From Candidatus Bipolaricaulota bacterium (GTDB taxonomy: Bacteria; Bipolaricaulota; Bipolaricaulia; UBA7950; UBA9294): 64,000 nucleotides of DNA. Below are positions 57,065 to 64,000 of this stretch, one piece after another. Each line of letters starts with the position of its first letter. The stretch's first letter is position 1. The notes beneath the pieces were generated by a model, which did no database searches, was not told where the DNA came from, and saw only the letters and a program-made list of their open reading frames with translations. A program made the translations under genes and the position numbers. The stretch lies in the NCBI GenBank assembly GCA_027007005.1, contig JALTFO010000048.1, positions 3,342 through 67,341 on the forward strand, in the 5' to 3' direction.

Positions 57065-57219
57065 GCGCCCCCAGTTTCCACGTAAGTCAACCTCTTCCCT
57101 TATTAAATATTATTCTGATTTAGAGACATTATCCAGCAGTGCACTCTTCGAGCTCTTGAGGAATGGATGCGAAGCGCTGAATATCCGCAGTAGCAGGGAA
57201 GAGACTGAAATCTTCTTCC

Positions 57220-57274
57220 TTGACTAATGAGCCTCTTGAGCCTATAATTAGCAATTGATGTATGAGACTGCTAA
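57220..57274 (+). promoter_or_regulatory. sigma70 promoter plus CIRCE (HrcA) element
   Basis: TTGACT-N17-TATAAT (57220-57248); TTAGCAATT-N9-GACTGCTAA (57248-57274) versus consensus TTAGCACTC-N9-GAGTGCTAA. Confidence 0.75.
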
Positions 57275-57289
57275 TTTGAGGTGATCGCC

Positions 57290-59521
57290 ATGATCCGTTT
57301 TGATAGATTGACTGAAGGAGCACAGGAGCTATTCCACGAGGCGCAGGACCTGCTGACGCGCTACAAACACAATCAGCTCGATGTCGAGCACATCTTTACC
57401 GTCCTGGTAACCAAGGAGGGTGTGGGACGAAACATCCTGCAGGAGATGGGGGTGAACCTGACCGGGCTGGCCAAGGATCTCGATGTTCTGCTGAAGGATA
57501 AACCGACTGTGTCCGGGCCGATCGGGACGCAGATCTACATCACTCCGCGTTTGGACACTGTGGTGAATGGCGCACAGATGGAAGCGGAGCGGCTACACGA
57601 TGAGTACATCGGGGTCGACCACCTCCTCCTGTCGATCGCGCGCACGACCGACCCAAAGTTGAAGAGGGTTCTCGATCGCCACCGCATCACGCCGGAGGCG
57701 ATCTACACCGCCCTGCGCGACGTGCGCGGGGAGCAGCGGGTGACCGATCGCGACTCCGAGGATCGTTACCAGATCCTTAAGAAGTACTCCACGAACTTGA
57801 CTGAGATGGCCAAGCGCGGTGAACTCGACCCAGTGATCGGCCGCGACGAGGAGATACGTCGCATGGAGCAGATCCTCTCCCGCCGCCGCAAGAACAACCC
57901 CGTACTCATCGGCGAACCTGGCGTGGGAAAGACGGCGGTCGTCGAGGGGCTCGCCCAGAGGATCGCCAGCGGCGACGTGCCCGATTCCCTCAAGGGTAAG
58001 GAGATCATTTCCCTCGACATCGCGGCGATGGTCGCCGGTTCCAAGTTCCGCGGGGAGTTCGAGGACCGGCTGAAGGCGGTGATCAAGGAGATCGAGGCCG
58101 CCGCCGGGAAGATGATCGTGTTCATCGATGAGATCCACATGATCGTCGGCGCCGGTGGGGCGGAAGGAGCGATCGACGCCTCCAACATGCTGAAGGAGCC
58201 ACTCTCCCGCGGGAAGTTCCAGCTTATCGGAGCGACAACCTTAAACGAGTACCGCGAGCACATCGAGAAGGACTCCGCCCTCGAACGCCGCTTCCAGCGC
58301 GTGTACGTGGGAGAACCGTCGATCGATGAGACGGTGGAGATCCTCACCGGGTTGCGCGAGAAGCTGGAGGAGCATCACCATGTGAAGATCACCGACGAGG
58401 CGATCGAGGCGGCGGCGAAGCTCTCGGAGCGCTACATCTCCGACCGCTTCCTCCCGGACAAGGCGATCGACCTGCTCGACGAGGCGGCCAGCCGCATCCG
58501 CGTCGAGGGGAGCGGCGAACAAGTGACGCAGGAGCAGATCGCGGGGATTGTCTCCCAGTGGACGGGGATCCCGGCCGAGCGAATGCTCACCGAGGAGCGA
58601 ACGCGTCTATCGAAAATGGAAGATCTCCTCCATGAGCGCATCATCGATCAGGAAGAGGGGGTACATGCAATCGCCGAGGCAGTGCGTCATTCCCGCGCCG
58701 GCCTGTCCGATCCGCGCAAACCGATCGGTACCTTTCTCTTCCTCGGACCAACCGGGGTGGGGAAGACCGAGCTCGCCAAATCCCTCGCCGCGTTCCTGTT
58801 TGGAAGTGACAACGCGCTGTTGCGGATCGACATGTCCGAGTACATGGAGCAGCACACCACCGCACGATTGATTGGCTCTCCGCCGGGTTACGTCGGCTAC
58901 GAGGAAGGCGGGCAGCTCACCGAAGCGGTGCGGCGGCGCCCGTACCAGGTGGTGCTGTTCGATGAGGTGGAAAAGGCCCATCCGCAGGTGATGAACCTGC
59001 TTCTGCAGCTTCTGGATGAGGGGCGGCTCACGGATGGCCACGGCCGCACGGTCGATTTCCGGCACACGATCATCATCATGACCTCGAACGTGGGCAGCGA
59101 GTACTTCACCGAGGAGCTCTCGGAGAAGGACGTGTGGGCAAAGATCGATGAGGAACTGAAGCGCACCTTCCGCCCAGAGTTCTTAAACCGGATCGATGAA
59201 ACGATCATCTTCCACCCGCTGAGCGAGGAAGCGATCGCCAAGATCGTCGATCTGAAGGTCGAGATGCTCAACAAGCGCCTCGCTGAGCAGGGGATCACCC
59301 TGACGCTGACCGATGAGGCGAAGAAGGTCCTCGCCAAAAAAGGGTACGATCGCCACTACGGAGCGCGTCCGCTGGAACGTGCGCTAAAACGTCTAGTGGA
59401 GAACCCGTTGGCGACGAAAATCGTCTCTGGCGAGGTGAGTCAGGGAGATCACGTCACGGTCGATGCTGCGGCGATGTCCGATGTTCTCCTGATCCGTACG
59501 CAAGAGCAACCGCAGAAATAG
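57290..59521 (+). CDS. ClpB-like Hsp100 AAA+ ATPase lacking the middle domain
   Basis: Clp N-domain; [14 protein letters not shown]; [16 protein letters not shown]; [14 protein letters not shown]; RPEFLNRID; GARPL; 743 aa. Confidence 0.88.
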   Translation: MIRFDRLTEGAQELFHEAQDLLTRYKHNQLDVEHIFTVLVTKEGVGRNILQEMGVNLTGLAKDLDVLLKDKPTVSGPIGTQIYITPRLDTVVNGAQMEAERLHDEYIGVDHLLLSIARTTDPKLKRVLDRHRITPEAIYTALRDVRGEQRVTDRDSEDRYQILKKYSTNLTEMAKRGELDPVIGRDEEIRRMEQILSRRRKNNPVLIGEPGVGKTAVVEGLAQRIASGDVPDSLKGKEIISLDIAAMVAGSKFRGEFEDRLKAVIKEIEAAAGKMIVFIDEIHMIVGAGGAEGAIDASNMLKEPLSRGKFQLIGATTLNEYREHIEKDSALERRFQRVYVGEPSIDETVEILTGLREKLEEHHHVKITDEAIEAAAKLSERYISDRFLPDKAIDLLDEAASRIRVEGSGEQVTQEQIAGIVSQWTGIPAERMLTEERTRLSKMEDLLHERIIDQEEGVHAIAEAVRHSRAGLSDPRKPIGTFLFLGPTGVGKTELAKSLAAFLFGSDNALLRIDMSEYMEQHTTARLIGSPPGYVGYEEGGQLTEAVRRRPYQVVLFDEVEKAHPQVMNLLLQLLDEGRLTDGHGRTVDFRHTIIIMTSNVGSEYFTEELSEKDVWAKIDEELKRTFRPEFLNRIDETIIFHPLSEEAIAKIVDLKVEMLNKRLAEQGITLTLTDEAKKVLAKKGYDRHYGARPLERALKRLVENPLATKIVSGEVSQGDHVTVDAAAMSDVLLIRTQEQPQK

Positions 59522-59560
59522 ATCAAGTCGCGTTGTTAACGTATAGAGCACGCAAACAGG

Positions 59561-59593
59561 CCTACAAGCTGCCGCATTACGACAGCTTGTAGG
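59561..59593. terminator. Stem-loop between convergent genes
   Basis: CCTACAAGCTG-N11-CAGCTTGTAGG, perfect 11-bp stem. Confidence 0.65.
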
Positions 59594-59626
59594 TTATACT
59601 ACCAGGAAAGAGTTACTTTCCTAGTT

Positions 59627-59797
59627 CTAGTCCTTCTGCTCTTCTTCGTTCAGGTAATCAAGGATCGCTTCAACCGCGAGATAGCTGACTGAGCGGTCAT
59701 GCTTATCCGCAAGCCTCGCTAATCGCTCGATAGGGCGATCCCCAATCTTGTTCTTGGGAACGTAGATCGAAACCTTATCCATTGTCTGTTTTTGCAC
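59627..59797 (-). CDS. 56-aa ribbon-helix-helix (CopG/Arc-like) protein
   Basis: Below ORF-track cutoff. AAGGAGG RBS then GTG; KVSIYVP...IERLARLADKHDRSVSYLAVEAILDYL. Confidence 0.72.
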   Translation of the reverse strand: MQKQTMDKVSIYVPKNKIGDRPIERLARLADKHDRSVSYLAVEAILDYLNEEEQKD

Positions 59798-60031
59798 GAG
59801 AGCCTCCTTTCAATGTAAATGACGGGCGTATTATACACGCTTGGAGGTAGATTATCAGTGCCGTGCATCACACCAGTTCACACCACAGGGAACCCCTATT
59901 CGCTGACTGCAGCGTCAAATCATCTTATCAGTGAGCAACGTAGCATTGAGCCGAACTCGTTACTTAAGATTTCTGGTAATTCCATTGACCCCCTCTTGAC
60001 CAGTAAAAAAATTTCACTATACTGTAAAGCC

Positions 60032-60613
60032 ATGGACAAAGAAATCGGGCGGAGTTTACGTACCATACGGCAACGCAAGGGTTGGACATTGGAAGAGTTG
60101 TCTTCTCGTTGTAATCTTTCCATCGGTTTTCTTTCTCAAGTTGAACGTGGGCTGTCGTCTCTCTCTATCACCTCTCTTCACGCCATCTGTGAAGCGCTAG
60201 AGGTCCCTCTCACACATTTCTTCGCGGCAATGCCGTCTGATGGACCAATAGTGGTAAGGGCGGGCAAACCGCGCAGCCGGATCAAGATCGACGATTCGCA
60301 GGTGGTCTATAATCTGTTATCCGACTCAACTCCTGATCGGGTACTAGAGGCACTAATTGCTGAATATCCACCTCATTACAAGCCCCTCCCGATGGCTCAT
60401 GCAGGCGAGGAGTTCGGTTACGTGTTGGAAGGGAAGATCCTCCTGCTGGTAGAGGACAAAGAAGAGACTCTCGAGTCTGGGGACAGCTTCCACATATTCT
60501 CAACAAGGCCTCACACCATACAGAATCTAGGTGACACCACCGCAAGGATCTTGTGGATACTAACCATGAAACTCTTGGAAGGGGGAGAACCTACAAAATG
60601 GCAAGAAGACTAG
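60032..60613 (+). CDS. XRE-HTH plus cupin transcriptional regulator
   Basis: TLEELS..LSIGFLSQVERG and HAGEEFGYVLEG..GDSF..H motifs; TTGACC-N16-TATACT ends 8 nt before the ATG (possibly leaderless). Confidence 0.88.
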   Translation: MDKEIGRSLRTIRQRKGWTLEELSSRCNLSIGFLSQVERGLSSLSITSLHAICEALEVPLTHFFAAMPSDGPIVVRAGKPRSRIKIDDSQVVYNLLSDSTPDRVLEALIAEYPPHYKPLPMAHAGEEFGYVLEGKILLLVEDKEETLESGDSFHIFSTRPHTIQNLGDTTARILWILTMKLLEGGEPTKWQED

Positions 60614-60822
60614 CCATCGACATCGGTAGGACATTCACTGATCTCGTTTCCTTGGAAGAGATAATGGGTGATGTTATATTAGAGAAGAATCGCATAACTC
60701 CAAGTAATTTTGCCGATGGTGTTATGCGATCGCTCTGGAATCTTGTTCGAGCGCAAACTATCAATGGACCTTCGTTAGGCTGTGGTGAGGAAGTATCTAT
60801 ATTGGTAGGGTGTTGTGAGTAG
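60598..60822 (+). pseudogene. N-terminal fragment of a hydantoinase A/oxoprolinase paralogue
   Basis: MARRLAIDIGRTFTDLV...EK..ITPSNFADGV, then similarity is lost. Confidence 0.6.
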
Positions 60823-60880
60823 GCGGGTGCTTGGTTCAAGTTTCGCGGAACTTAGGGAGAGGAAGGTGATGGTTCCTTAG

Positions 60881-62926
60881 ATGTTACTAGGTATTGATAT
60901 CGGCGGGACATTCACCGACATTGTCATCAGCGGTGAGGGGCATCTTCGATTGTTCAAGGTTCCTTCAACACCACGTGATCCAGCCAAAGGAGTTATTGAG
61001 GCTCTGTCGGACCTTGTCCAACAGGGTCTGATTATCCCAGATCAGGTGGAACTGATCAGGCATGGATCGACCGTGGCGACGAACGCGCTTCTCGAGGGGA
61101 AGTGGGCAAGAACTGCGCTTGTGACGACGCGTGGATTTCGTGATGTATTGGAGATCGGCCGGCAGAATCGCCCAAAGCTGTACGATCTCTTCTTCGATCG
61201 CCTTGCCCCAATCGTGCCACGCGATCTGCGCTACGAGGTGACGCAACGCTTGGACTACCGCGGTAACGTCATCCAGCCGCTTGCCGAGGATGACGTAAAG
61301 AAACTCATTCCTATTCTGCGTGAGCAGGGTGTAGAGACGGTTGCCGTGGTTTTCCTGTTCTCCTACCTTGATCCGTCACATGAGCGTGCGGTGCGCGACA
61401 CCATTGTTTCTGCTCTTAACGTACCGGTGACTGTTTCCAGCGATGTCTTACCCGAGTTTCGCGAGTTCGAGCGAACATCGACCACGGTTGTGAGTGCCGC
61501 CCTTCGCCCGGTCATTGGTGACTACCTCACATCGCTTGAATCTGGCGCACGCGAGAATGGCCTGCACACTCGTTGGCAGATTATGCAGTCGAACGGGGCG
61601 CTCACCCGTGCCCACTACGCCCAGACGAACCCGGCGCGCATCCTTCTCTCCGGTCCGGCAGCGGGTGTTGAGGGAGCGCGAGTGATAGGGAAGTTGACCG
61701 GATTTTCCGATCTGATCACGCTCGATATGGGAGGGACAAGCTGCGATGTCTCGCTCATCCAGGATGGTATGCTCAATCAGACGACGGCTGGGCAGGTCGG
61801 CGATTATCCAGTAGCCTTTCCGATGGTTGACATCCACACAATCGGTGCAGGAGGGGGAAGTATCGCTTGGATCGACCGCGGTGGGGCCCTGCGTGTTGGC
61901 CCACAGAGTGCCGGCGCCGATCCCGGTCCGGCCTGCTACGGCCACGGAGGTACTGAGCCGACCGTTACCGACGCTCATCTCGTGCTGGGGCACCTCCTCA
62001 CCAATCATCCCTTGGGTGGGCTCGATAGTCTTGATCTTGAAGCGGCAAGGATAGCGACGGAGCGGATCGCCGGTCGGCTCGGTATTGGTGTAGAACATGC
62101 GGCGTTAGGGATACTTGAGATCGAGGATGCCGCCATGGAGCGAGCAATCCGGGTAATCTCGATCGAACGTGGTTACGACCCACGGCAGTTCTGGCTTCTT
62201 GCCTTCGGTGGTGCCGGGCCGTTACACGCTGTTTCAGTTGCCCATAGACTCGGCATTCACAGGGTGATCGTTCCGGCGGCGGCTGGTGTCCTGTCGGCGT
62301 TCGGCCTCGTCGCCGCTGACATTGGACACGACTTCAGCCAGGGAGTCGTGCGGTCGTTGAAAGAAATCGAGGCTAGGACAATTGCGGATATCTTGTCAAC
62401 CCTGCGTAATCGCGCACGTGAAGAGCTCTTGGCAGAAGGTGTGGACAAGAAGGCGGTCCGCTTTCATATCTCTGCCGATCTGCGCTATCTTGGGCAATCT
62501 CACGAGCTTAACGTAGCGCTCTTCAACACGGATGATGCTGCGGATTGGGCGATCGACACGGAGTTTGTACGCAATATGGCATCGAAATTTCACGCCAAGC
62601 ATCTGCGCAGGTACGCTCACGCGGAAGATGAGCAATCAGTAGAGCTTGTCGCCCTGCGCTTGCGTGCAATGGGCCCTCCATCGCGGCCACCGCGCACGCG
62701 AATATTCAGTGAGAATGCATCCGCACACGAGGATGTTGTGGGGGAGGCGTGGTTTGCAAAGGATGGTCCTGTAAATACACGGATTCTGAGACGCAGCGAA
62801 CTCTCTGTGGATGACAGCCTCGAAGGTCCCGCGATCGTGTACGGTGATGACGCGACGACCCTCATTCCGCCAGGGGTGATGGGACGCATCGACAAATACG
62901 GTGACCTGATCCTGGAGATCTCATGA
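60881..62926 (+). CDS. Hydantoinase A / 5-oxoprolinase alpha subunit
   Basis: DIGGTFTD, HGSTVATN, SGPAAG, DMGGTS, GAGGGS and AFGGAGPLH motifs. Confidence 0.92.
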   Translation: MLLGIDIGGTFTDIVISGEGHLRLFKVPSTPRDPAKGVIEALSDLVQQGLIIPDQVELIRHGSTVATNALLEGKWARTALVTTRGFRDVLEIGRQNRPKLYDLFFDRLAPIVPRDLRYEVTQRLDYRGNVIQPLAEDDVKKLIPILREQGVETVAVVFLFSYLDPSHERAVRDTIVSALNVPVTVSSDVLPEFREFERTSTTVVSAALRPVIGDYLTSLESGARENGLHTRWQIMQSNGALTRAHYAQTNPARILLSGPAAGVEGARVIGKLTGFSDLITLDMGGTSCDVSLIQDGMLNQTTAGQVGDYPVAFPMVDIHTIGAGGGSIAWIDRGGALRVGPQSAGADPGPACYGHGGTEPTVTDAHLVLGHLLTNHPLGGLDSLDLEAARIATERIAGRLGIGVEHAALGILEIEDAAMERAIRVISIERGYDPRQFWLLAFGGAGPLHAVSVAHRLGIHRVIVPAAAGVLSAFGLVAADIGHDFSQGVVRSLKEIEARTIADILSTLRNRAREELLAEGVDKKAVRFHISADLRYLGQSHELNVALFNTDDAADWAIDTEFVRNMASKFHAKHLRRYAHAEDEQSVELVALRLRAMGPPSRPPRTRIFSENASAHEDVVGEAWFAKDGPVNTRILRRSELSVDDSLEGPAIVYGDDATTLIPPGVMGRIDKYGDLILEIS

Positions 62927-64000
62927 CAAGAGAGAAGCTGATTGTCGATCCGATCACGCTTGAGGTGCTGCGGCACGCCCTCGCCGCTGTCGCGGAGGAA
63001 ATGAATGCAAACCTGATTCGCTCTGCGTACAGCCCGAATATCAAAGAGCGTCACGATTGCTCTTGTGCGGTCTTCGACCAGAATGGGAGAATGGTCGCCC
63101 AGGCCGAATCGATCCCCGTGCACCTCGGGGCGATGCCCTTCTCCGTTGCGGCAGCGATCTCCAAGACGGATACATTTCACTCCGGTGATGTAATCGTTCT
63201 AAACGACCCCTACTACGGTGGCGCGCACCTGCCCGATATCACATTCATCGCCCCTGTCTTTGTTGATAGCAAGCTGTGCGCGTTCGTCGCCAGCCGCGCG
63301 CATCACGCCGATGTCGGCGGTAAGGAGCCAGGGAGCGTGGCCGGAGACACGACGGAGATTTACCAGGAAGGGCTGCGTATCCCGCCGATCCGTCTATGGA
63401 GGGAGGGGCATCTCGATCAGGACCTTGTCGATCTCATCCTGCTGAACGTGCGTACTCCGGCGGAGCGACTGGGCGACCTGCGCGCGCAACACGCAGCCTG
63501 TGAGACGGGGATCGCGCGGGTGCAGGCACTTGCCGGTCGCTTCGGGGCCGATCTGCTGGCGAGTGGCATGGAGGCAGTCATGGACTACTCCGAGCGGCGA
63601 ATGCGTGCGCAGATAGGAAAGCTCCCCGACGGGACAGCCACCTACGAGGATCACCTCGATGGGGATGGAATCACCGACGATCCGGTCCCGATCATGGCCA
63701 GTGTGACGATCGCTGGCGAAACGATGAGGGTCGACTTCACCGGTACATCTCCATCTGTTGCCGGTCCTGTGAACGCGGTCTACGCTGTGACAGCCTCGGC
63801 GACGTACTTCACTATCCGCGCGCTCACCGATCCAGACATCCCACCGAACGCCGGTTGCTATCGCCCGATTGATATCCTTGCCCCACAAGGGAGCGTGGTC
63901 AATGCCGATCCGCCCTCGCCGGTCGTTGGGGGCAACCTGGAGACCTCGCAGCGGATCGTCGACGTGATCCTCGGTGCGTTCTCCAAGCTCTGTCCGGAGC
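62923..64000 (+). CDS. Hydantoinase B / oxoprolinase beta subunit, runs off the window
   Basis: DPITLEVL...EEM...SAYSPNIKERHD, PVHLG, NDPYYGGAHLPD, HHADVGG and EIYQEG; ATG overlaps the A-subunit stop. Confidence 0.9.
   Translation, partial: MTREKLIVDPITLEVLRHALAAVAEEMNANLIRSAYSPNIKERHDCSCAVFDQNGRMVAQAESIPVHLGAMPFSVAAAISKTDTFHSGDVIVLNDPYYGGAHLPDITFIAPVFVDSKLCAFVASRAHHADVGGKEPGSVAGDTTEIYQEGLRIPPIRLWREGHLDQDLVDLILLNVRTPAERLGDLRAQHAACETGIARVQALAGRFGADLLASGMEAVMDYSERRMRAQIGKLPDGTATYEDHLDGDGITDDPVPIMASVTIAGETMRVDFTGTSPSVAGPVNAVYAVTASATYFTIRALTDPDIPPNAGCYRPIDILAPQGSVVNADPPSPVVGGNLETSQRIVDVILGAFSKLCPE

Noticed and set aside
1-64000. Many 60-270 aa ORFs antisense to or overlapping the called genes; also searched by eye for tRNA, rRNA and CRISPR
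   Set aside because: Shadow ORFs typical of GC-rich coding DNA with no motifs; no RNA gene or repeat-spacer array was recognised.

Overview
Bacterial chromosomal window, probably from an anaerobic fermenter (lineage not determinable from sequence alone), with four blocks. (1) About 5-26.5 kb, minus strand: a Thermotoga-type inositol uptake and catabolism cluster (ABC transporter, LacI regulator with visible operators, PfkB kinase, iolG-iolM-iolN-iolO, uxaE, uxuB-like SDR). It continues into a PPi-type PFK homologue, a HAD, gnd and a LarA-family epimerase rather than mannonate dehydratase. (2) 27-37.8 kb: an IS21 relic, ABC exporters and importer, nadK, a HOGA-like aldolase, a class-V aminotransferase and ybaK. 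(3) 37.8-47.7 kb, the most interesting part: a type I restriction-modification operon (XRE-HTH-fused hsdM, hsdS, hsdR, YgjP-like). It carries an NYN RNase with its own promoter and a short hairpin/terminator leader between hsdM and hsdS, and a complete CapV / CD-NTase / E2 CBASS between hsdS and hsdR. (4) 47.8-64 kb: housekeeping genes, a decayed toxin-antitoxin cluster with an integron-like attC site, a CIRCE-preceded ClpB-like ATPase lacking the middle domain, and hydantoinase/oxoprolinase genes. No tRNA, rRNA or CRISPR array was seen. All family calls are from manual motif recognition; no database searches were run.
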